This document shows, piece after piece, positions 27,346-35,861 of a stretch of 64,000 nt of DNA. This DNA comes from Methanobacteriota archaeon. GTDB lineage: Archaea; Thermoplasmatota; Thermoplasmata; SG8-5; JAGLSY01. The stretch lies in NCBI GenBank assembly GCA_020696385.1, contig JAEHCQ010000006.1, positions 1-64,000 on the forward strand, in the 5' to 3' direction. Positions within the stretch are counted from its first letter, which is position 1; each line of letters begins with the position of its first letter. The translations under genes were made by a program, and so were the position numbers. Below the pieces are notes generated by a model that did not search any database, had not been told where the DNA came from, and saw only the letters and a program-made list of their open reading frames with translations.

Positions 27346-27431
27346 GAGCAGGGTGGGGCGAGTTTCTTGTTTTGTCCGTCTTTTTTCTTTTGGAGCCCCA
27401 CCCAGCACAGGAAATTTTTAAAAGAAAAAAG
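27346..27431. repeat. Pseudoknot-forming repeat unit 2 (diverged, covarying)
   Basis: GAGCAGGGTGGGGC / GCCCCACCCAGCAC and CTTTTTTCTTTTG / TAAAAGAAAAAAG: stem sequence changed while pairing is kept. Confidence 0.8.
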
Positions 27432-27464
27432 TGGGTATGGAATTGTTTTGGCAAATAACCGAAC

Positions 27465-27597
27465 GAGCAGGCTGAATCTCAGTAAAACTGAGCTTTCAGA
27501 ATCTCGGCAAAGCCGAGCTCCGGCGAATTTATCTTGTTAGCCTTCTTCTTCTTTTTGAGAGCCTGAGCCAGCACAGTGAGGGTCACAAAAAGAAGAA
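27465..27597. repeat. Pseudoknot-forming repeat unit 3, with a 46-bp twin-hairpin insert
   Basis: Near-identical to unit 1 except for insert 27474-27519 (CTCAGT-AAA-ACTGAG and CTCGGC-AAA-GCCGAG). Confidence 0.8.
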
Positions 27598-27648
27598 ATT
27601 GGGGCGGAAACCTACGCCTTGGACTACGCCGTGGATCTGAAGTTTCAT
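27583..27648 (-). pseudogene. Second duplicated hypF 5' fragment, MKLQIHGVVQGVGFRP-NFFFL*
   Basis: Same breakpoint after GFRP as the 27226-27291 copy; has its own AACAATTCTATA motif upstream. Confidence 0.9.
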
Positions 27649-27713
27649 GCACTTATACAATTATCAGTTACTATAGAATTGTTACGGAGGATAAATTGGA
27701 TATTTGAGCAGCT

Positions 27714-28289
27714 TCACAGCTCATAAGCTTCAACAAACTTCTTGATCTTCTTCTTAAGTTCTGGATGCCTCTCCATTTCCAACATCATGATGGCTGTCTG
27801 GAGCTTCCAAATCGTATAAAAATTCAAATTGGAATCCGGCTTCAGGTCTTTCATCTTCTCCGAGACAACCTTCTCTATCTCCAGAAAAGCCTCCTTGGCC
27901 AGCTTGTCCTGCTCGCCTTTACCATCATATCCGATATCCTCAAGAAGGGTGGCAATGGTCCCGCTGGTATTCTCCCATATTTTGAGAAGTTCATCCTTTT
28001 CGGGAACCGCGTCGATACTGGGTGCCATGAAGAATATCTTGGCCGTTCGCCCATATATCTTCTTTGGGATATGGTGATCCTTCTTCTCGCCCGTCTGCTC
28101 GATGATGCCCGCATTCACCAGTTTCTCAACATGTCGGTATATGGTGGATTGGTCCTTCTCAAGTATGCTGGCCATCTGCTCTATTGTGAGATCATTGAGC
28201 CTCAGTGATTCCAAGATCGTTCTTCTGGTCTCGTCTATCATGAGCTTTATTGTAGCCGGATCGTCCACTATCCTTATCTCATCAACCAT
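27714..28289 (-). CDS. ArsR/wHTH transcriptional regulator (191 aa)
   Basis: DETRRTILESL...LTIEQMASIL.KDQSTIYRHVEKL..AGII...YGRTAK; true start MVDEI (the longer track ORF overlaps the MATE gene). Confidence 0.9.
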   Translation of the reverse strand: MVDEIRIVDDPATIKLMIDETRRTILESLRLNDLTIEQMASILEKDQSTIYRHVEKLVNAGIIEQTGEKKDHHIPKKIYGRTAKIFFMAPSIDAVPEKDELLKIWENTSGTIATLLEDIGYDGKGEQDKLAKEAFLEIEKVVSEKMKDLKPDSNLNFYTIWKLQTAIMMLEMERHPELKKKIKKFVEAYEL

Positions 28290-28331
28290 TGCCTTGAATA
28301 TATGACTTGGATTATTTATATCTTTGTACAC

Positions 28332-28388
28332 TTGCACAATCATGCAAATGTTTAAATAACTCATTTTCATATATGCATATGCATGCAA
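28332..28388. promoter_or_regulatory. Twin TGCA-N6-TGCA operator-like palindromes flanking a TATA box
   Basis: TTGCA-caatca-TGCAA (28332-47), TTTAAATA (28351-58), ATGCA-tatgca-TGCAA (28373-88) in the divergent ArsR/MATE promoter. Confidence 0.6.
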
Positions 28389-29726
28389 GTGTCTCGTATG
28401 GACAAGAGATTGAGAAAGAAGATATTCAGCTTCGCCTGGCCGATAATATTGACCAATCTCTTCGCGACCATCATGATGACCGTGAACATGATAATGGTGG
28501 GCAGACTGGGGCCTGCGGCTGTTGCGGGTGTCGGCCTGGGGGGCCAGGTGGTTCAGATATCCTTCATGGTCATGATGGCAGTAAGTACCGGAACCATAGC
28601 CCTCGTTGCCAGGTACACGGGAGCCAAAAAGCCCAAAATGGCAAACCGCGCCCTCAAACAATCGCTCCTTCTGGGTCTGGTCCTTTCCATTCCAATAACC
28701 ATTCTGGGTTGGTTCTTCGGGACAGAGTTCCTTGCCATGTTCGGCTCTGAGCCAGATGTTCTTGAGTTCGGCTCCATCTATGTTAAATTCATCTTCCTGG
28801 GAACTACTTTCCAATTCATTGAATTCCTCTCAGCTGCCGCACTCAGGGGCTCGGGAGATATGAAGACCCCACTGATCATTGGCATCCTGAACAATGTGGT
28901 GAACATATTCTTCGGCTATGTGCTGATATTCGGCGAGCTGGGATTTCCCGAAATGGGGGTCAAGGGCGCGGCAATCGGCAATGTCATAGCTTTCATAATC
29001 GGAGGTGTGGCCTATATCATCATGCTCTCGCGGGGCAAGCTTAGACTTAAGCTGGAACGCAATCACGTGATATTCGACAGATCCATCATGCGCCGAATAT
29101 TGAAGGTCGGCACTCCTGCCGCCGCTGAACAGATACTTATCCAGACTGGATTTCTGGTATATACTTTCATAATCGTGTATTTCGGAACAGAGGCCCTCGC
29201 CGCCCACCAGATCGGTATGAGAATTCAAGGATTGGCTTTCATGCCTGGCATAGGGTTCTCCATGGCAGCAACTGCTCTCGTTGGCCAATACCTGGGAGCC
29301 AAAAAACCAAAGACCTCCGAAAGGTCAGCAGTGGAATCCGCCAAGCTTTCCGCATTGTCCATGACAGCCATAGGTGTGGTGTTATTCTTCCTCGCAGACC
29401 CAATGGCCAGACTTTTCATCAGTGATCTGGACACTTTGAAATACACGGCTCTGTGGATCCGACTTCTGGCCTTCAGCATGCCTGCCATCGGCCTTTTCTT
29501 CACTCTGTCCGGAGGATTGAGGGGGGCGGGAGACACTCGTTGGCCTCTCTATGCGTCCACCTTTGGCATCTATGCAATTCGATTACCCTTCGCGGCATTC
29601 CTGGGATTTTACATGGGCCTGGGAATAATGGGGGCCTGGATAGCCTTCATCATAGAATATTATGTGAGGTCTGTTATAATATTATGGCGGTTCAGGTCTG
29701 GCAAGTGGAAAGAAGTCAAGGTTTGA
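28383..29726 (+). CDS. MATE family efflux transporter
   Basis: 12-TM pattern; LRGSGDMKTPL, MGVKGAA, LRGAGDTRWP; GKWK terminus. Confidence 0.95.
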   Translation: MQVSRMDKRLRKKIFSFAWPIILTNLFATIMMTVNMIMVGRLGPAAVAGVGLGGQVVQISFMVMMAVSTGTIALVARYTGAKKPKMANRALKQSLLLGLVLSIPITILGWFFGTEFLAMFGSEPDVLEFGSIYVKFIFLGTTFQFIEFLSAAALRGSGDMKTPLIIGILNNVVNIFFGYVLIFGELGFPEMGVKGAAIGNVIAFIIGGVAYIIMLSRGKLRLKLERNHVIFDRSIMRRILKVGTPAAAEQILIQTGFLVYTFIIVYFGTEALAAHQIGMRIQGLAFMPGIGFSMAATALVGQYLGAKKPKTSERSAVESAKLSALSMTAIGVVLFFLADPMARLFISDLDTLKYTALWIRLLAFSMPAIGLFFTLSGGLRGAGDTRWPLYASTFGIYAIRLPFAAFLGFYMGLGIMGAWIAFIIEYYVRSVIILWRFRSGKWKEVKV

Positions 29727-29880
29727 ATATTTGAATTGAGTGAGAAGTGAATGTTCTCTAGTTGGGGGAAGAGGAATAAGGTTATTGGATACAATCAAAG
29801 TTATAGCTTTGGCTCATACACATTCCACAATTCACTTCTCAGATTGTGTATCTGTTTGCACAATAAAAGTATTTTGGTGG

Positions 29881-30111
29881 TCACTGGGCCCAGGCTGAAA
29901 GGATCTCCTTTCTTAGAGAATCCCATTTTGCAGTATCAAATATCGATCTTTCCAGAACCAAGTCTATGAATTTGATCTGTGTCGCTCTATCATAATTCTC
30001 AGGATCGCTATCTATATCTGCGATGGCCTTCTTTATTACAAATTTCCCCATGGGTCCAGCATGCTCGATTATTATATCTTCCATTGCTAGGATATTTGAA
30101 TCATTGACCAT
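29881..30111 (-). CDS. Small helical hypothetical protein (76 aa)
   Basis: AAGGAG RBS; start overlaps the end of the upstream HAMP gene; HAGPMGKFVIKKA. Confidence 0.7.
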   Translation of the reverse strand: MVNDSNILAMEDIIIEHAGPMGKFVIKKAIADIDSDPENYDRATQIKFIDLVLERSIFDTAKWDSLRKEILSAWAQ

Positions 30112-30865
30112 TTTCCATCTCCTTTATGGCTCTCTCCACTCTATCAGCTATTCTTTTGAAGTTCAATTCCAGTCTTCCTATATCACCAGAGCTTTTGACC
30201 TCTATCTTGGTCTCGAAATCTCCCTTGCTGATCTTGTCAGCTACTTCGGTCAATGAAATGAATGGCTTCATTATGGATTTGTTCAGGTATGAGACGAATA
30301 TCAATAGCATGATGACCGAGAATATCAATGAAGCAATAGATGTTCCCAGAAGAAGGTCCAGAGAAAAAATTATGGGGATGGTGGTGATGATAGGATTCAA
30401 TATAAGGAATAGGATTAGGCTGAATATAATTTTCTCGCCTACGGAAAATCCTTTCACTTCCTGAGGGCCTATTTCCTCGATCTCGGATGGTCCAAGCATC
30501 TCGGTGGCTATCATCAGACTGGATTTCATTCTCGCAAGTGATCTGGAGAATGCTTCTATTTCATTGCCAGTTTCCACGATCGGATCTGCATCCATATCTC
30601 CCTCCAGCAGCCTTTCCATGGTCGAGATGAGCTTCTTGATAGGCTCAGCTATCCATTTTATGAGGTACAGACCAACAATAACGCACAGGACAACAGAAGC
30701 AGCGAATGTGAAGATCATGACCAAGAAATTGGCAGCTTCTGTGCCAATATCGAATAAACTTACAAAAACTGATACTATGCCGGGAACGATTCCGGATATC
30801 AGATAAAAGAAAAGGAACCCCATAATCAATTTGAGTTCCACATTTAATTTGATCTTCTCAGCCAT
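30101..30865 (-). CDS. Membrane protein with two tandem 2TM-HAMP units and no output domain
   Basis: EPIKKL...EGD...NEIEAFSRSLARM and KPFISL...KGD...DIGRLELNFKRI, each preceded by two hydrophobic helices. Confidence 0.85.
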   Translation of the reverse strand: MAEKIKLNVELKLIMGFLFFYLISGIVPGIVSVFVSLFDIGTEAANFLVMIFTFAASVVLCVIVGLYLIKWIAEPIKKLISTMERLLEGDMDADPIVETGNEIEAFSRSLARMKSSLMIATEMLGPSEIEEIGPQEVKGFSVGEKIIFSLILFLILNPIITTIPIIFSLDLLLGTSIASLIFSVIMLLIFVSYLNKSIMKPFISLTEVADKISKGDFETKIEVKSSGDIGRLELNFKRIADRVERAIKEMENGQ

Positions 30866-30966
30866 TGGCCTAAAATGGTCATGATGTTATAATAAGTTTT
30901 TGACTGGAAAAGGTAAAGTGTCACTAACATTAATGTAAGAGCTCATACTCCTGGGGATTCCTCACC

Positions 30967-31329
30967 TCACAGTCCAAACCGCTTTCTCATGTATCCGAAA
31001 GCGGCCTCTCCCTTGCGAGTTTGAAAGCTGATCTCCAGGGTTTCCGGTTTATTATCTGGCTTATCCATGGTCTCCAGTATCTGCATGAGTGGATCATGGC
31101 TGATCTTGATGAGAACATCCGAGTCATCTACCGGCCCCTCTATTACACTGGCAACGCCCGATATATCGAGACAAAATGTCGCAACTTCCTCTGAAGTTGC
31201 GAATATCCATTTCTGTGGCAGGTATCCGCTGATCATGGGCCCGAGCAGGATGCTTTTGAGAACCTTCTGAACTTCTTTCTGGACATCTGCGCATAGAGGC
31301 TGGAATGCTTCGATAAGATTGGGTGACAT
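30967..31329 (-). CDS. Hypothetical protein, possible SCP2-like lipid-binding fold
   Basis: 120 aa ORF with G...VIEG....DVLIKIS...L..IL pattern reminiscent of SCP2; assignment tentative. Confidence 0.6.
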   Translation of the reverse strand: MSPNLIEAFQPLCADVQKEVQKVLKSILLGPMISGYLPQKWIFATSEEVATFCLDISGVASVIEGPVDDSDVLIKISHDPLMQILETMDKPDNKPETLEISFQTRKGEAAFGYMRKRFGL

Positions 31330-31431
31330 TGGGATGATGATGGGGAATTAGGTATTTGGAAGTTTTGGGGATATATTTCCCAAAAACCTTTTTATTATCC
31401 CTCATATTCTCCCACCATACAGGTGAATCAA

Positions 31432-31812
31432 ATGAGCAATGTTCCAGATGGTTTGAAATATACAGAGAAGCACGAATGGGTGAAGGTCGAAGGAGACTTG
31501 ATTCGAATAGGTATCACAGATTACGCACAGAGTGAATTAACTGATGTCGTTTATGTCGAATTACCATCTGTTGGGGATGATATAACACCAGATGTCGAAA
31601 TGGGAATTGTCGAATCCGTCAAATCCACCAGCGATGTTTTCTCTCCAATTGCTGGCGAGGTCGTCGAGATCAATGGTGATCTGGAAGACACACCCGAGCT
31701 CATCAATGAGGATTGCTATGCAAAAGGCTGGATAGCTATTATCAAACCCGCTGATATTGGGGATGTTGAGAAATTGCTTTCACCAGAGAGATACAAGGAA
31801 TTGCTTGATTGA
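31432..31812 (+). CDS. gcvH: Glycine cleavage H protein (lipoyl carrier)
   Basis: YTEKHEWV, GITDYAQ, VESVKS lipoyl-Lys, PELIN; AGGTGA RBS. Confidence 0.95.
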   Translation: MSNVPDGLKYTEKHEWVKVEGDLIRIGITDYAQSELTDVVYVELPSVGDDITPDVEMGIVESVKSTSDVFSPIAGEVVEINGDLEDTPELINEDCYAKGWIAIIKPADIGDVEKLLSPERYKELLD

Positions 31813-32276
31813 AGGTCTATTCTATATTCATGTATCTATTGTTGGCCTTGCGGAGTGTACATAATTGCTCATATATTTATTGTAGATTAATGGCGTAATT
31901 GTGATTGTTTGCACCACATTATATCACATGTGCTAATATCTCGGCATTTTATAGTTCTATCTTTAATTATTTTAATTGGGTAAAAATATAATGCTGCTTT
32001 TAAGCATCATTTAATGTGCATTGTTTATATTTTATTGCTGTATTTGTGTAATATAGTTTTATATTTATCTTCTTACATTATACATCTGTGGAAATAAGAT
32101 GAAATACAATTTGGTAATGGCGCTGTTGATCCTTGGTATTATGTCAATCTGGCTATTTAGGTTGATTCCTGTTGTATACATGTTTATCAAATTAATGCGA
32201 TTTGCCATGTTATCATTAGGTAATTGGTATAGGGGTGATCGAATCCAACAAATGGGAAGTCTGGCTCTTGTATGAT

Positions 32277-33326
32277 TTATTTTTTCATAGTGTCCAGTTC
32301 TGCTATTTTCTCCTTCAGAACACCAAACGATACCTTTTTTCTATCAATAGAAACTGTCATGTTCTCTGATAAGTATATTTTCTTCATTACTCCGAAGCAC
32401 TCGTCCTTGAATTTCGCATGCAGGATCTCCTCCCAGTTGAAGTGCTCCTCCACATTGGGGAAGACCCCGAAATACAATAGATTGTACTTGCCCACATGAC
32501 CTCTGTAAGCGATCGGAACGCATGGGTCATCTCGAATATACTGGATGATCTGTTCCTTGCATTTGTCTATCCTGATGAAGCTCACAACAAATACATGGCC
32601 TGGTGGTATGCAGAATTGAGGGAATCTGCAAACTGGCTGTGTGATCAGTCCGGCCTGTGTCAGGGCTTCTATTCTTTTCTCAATTGTCTTTCTGTGTGTG
32701 TCCAGTTCCTTCGACAGTAGATGTTCATTGGTCTTGATGCCCTCTCCTGCCAGCAATTTTTTCAAGATATTGAATCCCAGTTCATTCAATTTGTAGCCAT
32801 TGAGTATCAACTCGCCATCCTTATCGAACCTCTTATCCATGCATGCTATACTGGAATTTGGATCATATTTGAATAGGAGTTCATTATTGACAAAGACCAC
32901 GTCAGCAGGGAATCGGTTCTCTAATGGGGGGAGCTTATCGTCCTCCACTATCTTCTCCTTCCAGTAGAAGTATGAGGACATGCTCTTGTGGAATTCGAAG
33001 AGCAGTGTGTTATAGCCATCATCCCATGATTTGAAGGAGGCGAATATTGTATCATCCTCGGCCAAGAACTTGTCGATCCTGGCTTGCCTTGGAAGATCAG
33101 CCCTTACAATGGAGAAAAGAGGTCGCTCCTTGAAAAGTCCAGTGAAGGGATAGTATGGGGCTGTCAATATTCCATTCTCGAAAAGTGCGGTCACCTGTGA
33201 CTTAATTGTATTTCTGTGGCGATCGAGGCTTTTGGCCAGAGCACTAACATTGATGCTCACTCCAACACCATCACATATTTTTTCGAGTATCGCGAGAGAA
33301 AGTTCGTCTTCTAGCATATCGGCCAT
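32277..33326 (-). CDS. Tandem-duplicated Lrp/AsnC-like wHTH regulator, divergent from the hybrid hydrogenase operon
   Basis: Two halves: LAKSLDRHRNTIKSQV..L...GIL and LSKELDTHRKTIEKRI..L...GLI; paralog at 41599-42654. Confidence 0.75.
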   Translation of the reverse strand: MADMLEDELSLAILEKICDGVGVSINVSALAKSLDRHRNTIKSQVTALFENGILTAPYYPFTGLFKERPLFSIVRADLPRQARIDKFLAEDDTIFASFKSWDDGYNTLLFEFHKSMSSYFYWKEKIVEDDKLPPLENRFPADVVFVNNELLFKYDPNSSIACMDKRFDKDGELILNGYKLNELGFNILKKLLAGEGIKTNEHLLSKELDTHRKTIEKRIEALTQAGLITQPVCRFPQFCIPPGHVFVVSFIRIDKCKEQIIQYIRDDPCVPIAYRGHVGKYNLLYFGVFPNVEEHFNWEEILHAKFKDECFGVMKKIYLSENMTVSIDRKKVSFGVLKEKIAELDTMKK

Positions 33327-33544
33327 GCGATGTACAATATTTTATCATTATTAATATCTTTTGTATGGGCTAATATCAAATCTGCACTGCATACATGTAC
33401 AATTTTATATATCATTGTTACTATTGTTGGATGGTAAATATGGCAATAATGGCAAATTCAATATGTTGCCAGTAGCAATCTTAACAATCTTAATGTTATT
33501 TTTTATGAGGGGTGAATATATACTAATATTTCCTTCATGAATGT

Positions 33545-35326
33545 ATGACTATGGTAGTTTCAGATATAGAAAGTGTCAAAAATGCCCAAAGTATGTCTAA
33601 GTATAAGGTCGGTATTTTTGATTTTGCAAGCTGTGAAGGATGTGAACTGCAGATAGCCAATCTTGAGGAGGATATCCTCGAGCTTTTGGATACGGTGGAG
33701 GTAGTATCATTTCGTGAGGTCATGAAGGAGCATTCCGATGACTACGATATTGCTTTCATTGAGGGTTCGATAAACAGGCCAGTTGATGAGAAAAGGCTGA
33801 AGGAGATCCGGGCAAATGCCAAGATCCTCATCGCCCTTGGTGATTGTGCCACAACTGGTTGTGTTAATAAACTGAGGAACCAATGGCCAGATGCGGAAAA
33901 TCTCAAAGAGGTCTATGCGGATGCAGACATTGCGAATAATGAGTATTTCGATGTCTTCCCGACAAAGAAGCTCAATGAGGTCGTGGATGTTGATTTCTAT
34001 ATCCGTGGATGTCCAGTCAGGAAAGAACAGGTCCTGTACTACATAAGGCGTCTTACCACGATGGCTCCAAGGAAGAACCTGGATCTCCGATTCGGTGTCA
34101 CCGCCAGGGAGCTTGAATCAGATACAAGGTCCATCATCCAGTACGATCCTCAGAAGTGCATACTGTGCAGGCATTGCGATGTTGTTTGCAATGATATCCT
34201 GGACATACACGCTATTGGATTGACCAATAAGGGAAATGAGTCCATCATATCCACGCCTTTCAATAAGGGTCTGGATGATAACAAATGTATCTCATGCGGA
34301 CAGTGTTTGGTCAACTGCCCGGTTGGTGCATTCTCCGAGCATTCCGATGTGGAGAAGGCTATAGGATTGCTTGACGATCCAAACAATTTCGTTGTGTTCG
34401 TTATAGATCTAACAGCTGCTGCAACAGCCATGGAAGTCCTGCCAACAGACAGAGAGGACTTTGGCGAGGCTTTGGGAAGTCTCATAGCGTCATTGAAATC
34501 ACTGGGAGCTGACAGAGTTGTGGATTTCACACATTTCAATTATCTTTCACTGGCAGCACAGGGAACTTATGTTAGCGAGAATGACGACATGATTTTCACA
34601 TCATGGTGTCCAAGTGCCAATTCGTACATCCGAAAATTCCATCCTGAGTTCAAAAAGAATCTGCAGAAGGTGTCATCACCCGAGCAGATTATGTTGGATG
34701 TCCTGGGTGAGAGATATACAAAGGGAGAGAAGGATCTGAAGATAATCCTTCTGTCACCATGTATCGTCCACAAGGGTAATTCAAAGATCGATGCGGTCTT
34801 GACTGCCAGGGAACTTCCAAGACTTCTCAAGCAGAAGGGCGTGGACATTGACTTCTATGAGCCTTCGGAAGGTGTGTTCGATTGCGAACTTGGCTTGTCC
34901 AGTGTCTTTGTCAAGGGTGCCAGTAGCGACTATGCTTACTCATTGGCAATAATACAGACGGCTTACATGAGAAAGTTCAATAATCTCGATGCCCGGCTGG
35001 CTGTGACCACTCTTGAGGATTATGTTCATGAAATGGCCTTCGACAGTGAAGAAGGCTTCTTCAATGCTCTCATAATCGAGGATCTGGCGAAGGCGAGTAA
35101 GTATCTGACAAAGGACATTGCCAAGAGATACAATGTGGTGGAACTGTACCCATGTTTCCACGGTTGTCTAACAGGTGGCGGAACCGTACCAACTACTTCG
35201 ATAGATGTTATTGACCAGCGTAGGGACCATCTGAAGAATTTCAAGGGCGAGTCCAAGGGGCCTGTCTGGTTCTCAAAGCAGATAATAGAGGCTTATGACA
35301 AGCAGATAAAAGGAGGTGATGAGTAA
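33545..35326 (+). CDS. Fusion of [NiFe]-hydrogenase small-subunit N-domain, 2[4Fe-4S] and [FeFe]-hydrogenase-like H-domain (group F-type hybrid subunit)
   Basis: FDFASCEGC, EGS, GDCA, GCP; CILCRHC...C and CISCGQC...CP; TSWCP, SPCIVHK and ELYPCFHGCLTGGG. Likely start ATG 33593. Confidence 0.9.
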   Translation: MTMVVSDIESVKNAQSMSKYKVGIFDFASCEGCELQIANLEEDILELLDTVEVVSFREVMKEHSDDYDIAFIEGSINRPVDEKRLKEIRANAKILIALGDCATTGCVNKLRNQWPDAENLKEVYADADIANNEYFDVFPTKKLNEVVDVDFYIRGCPVRKEQVLYYIRRLTTMAPRKNLDLRFGVTARELESDTRSIIQYDPQKCILCRHCDVVCNDILDIHAIGLTNKGNESIISTPFNKGLDDNKCISCGQCLVNCPVGAFSEHSDVEKAIGLLDDPNNFVVFVIDLTAAATAMEVLPTDREDFGEALGSLIASLKSLGADRVVDFTHFNYLSLAAQGTYVSENDDMIFTSWCPSANSYIRKFHPEFKKNLQKVSSPEQIMLDVLGERYTKGEKDLKIILLSPCIVHKGNSKIDAVLTARELPRLLKQKGVDIDFYEPSEGVFDCELGLSSVFVKGASSDYAYSLAIIQTAYMRKFNNLDARLAVTTLEDYVHEMAFDSEEGFFNALIIEDLAKASKYLTKDIAKRYNVVELYPCFHGCLTGGGTVPTTSIDVIDQRRDHLKNFKGESKGPVWFSKQIIEAYDKQIKGGDE

Positions 35327-35805
35327 TGGAAGCTAAAGATAAATTCATTATAGATACTATACTACATACCTATTCAAATATAGATGACCCTCAACTTGTG
35401 ATATTGCAGAATATTCAGGAAATTCTCGGATATGTCGGAGAGGAATATCTCACATATGTTTCCGAGAACAGTGAATATTCACTTACCGAACTTTATGGTG
35501 TTGTATCCTTCTATCCTCAATTTAGATTTGACCCACCTGGAAAACACACCATCAAGGTCTGCAGTGGTACAGCATGCCATGTTAGAGGTGGCTCTGGCAT
35601 CGCACAGGAATTGGAAGATATTCTGGAGATCAAACCTGGCGGAACCACAAAAGATGGATTGTTCTCACTAGAGTCCGTCAGATGTCTGGGATGCTGTGGT
35701 CTTTCACCTGTCATCATGATCGATGAAGAGACATATGGCCGTGTGAAGAAAGGTGGCCTTCAAAAGATACTTGAATCTTACAAAACCGAGGAGGTTGCTG
35801 AATGA
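35326..35805 (+). CDS. HydC/NuoE-like [2Fe-2S] subunit
   Basis: GVVSFY, CSGTAC, CLGCC; TAATG overlap and GGAGGTGA RBS. Confidence 0.93.
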   Translation: MEAKDKFIIDTILHTYSNIDDPQLVILQNIQEILGYVGEEYLTYVSENSEYSLTELYGVVSFYPQFRFDPPGKHTIKVCSGTACHVRGGSGIAQELEDILEIKPGGTTKDGLFSLESVRCLGCCGLSPVIMIDEETYGRVKKGGLQKILESYKTEEVAE

Positions 35806-35861
35806 GAGAGCATAGCGATTTCATTCTGGAGCCCGTAACGCAGAGGAGGGGTCTACAATGA
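35788..35861 (+). repeat. Intercistronic double-hairpin element copy C, with mini-ORF MREHSDFILEPVTQRRGLQ* (35802-35861)
   Basis: GAATGA-GA-GAGCATAGCGA-TT-TCATTC then AGCCC-GTAA...GGA-GGGGTCT; ATGA overlaps at both ends. Confidence 0.75.

Noticed and set aside
27054-27712. CRISPR array, tRNA, or hammerhead/HDV ribozyme
   Set aside because: Units are ~90-190 bp with hypF-derived rather than unique spacers; no cloverleaf; no CUGANGA/GAAA core or HDV nested topology could be fitted.
28290-28814. N-terminal extension of the 366-aa track ORF
   Set aside because: Antisense to the MATE gene and spans the divergent promoter; the ArsR domain starts at 28289.
31813-32276. 460-bp AT-rich gap as ncRNA or replication origin
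   Set aside because: No ORB-like repeats, stable structure or adjacent cdc6/orc1 visible.
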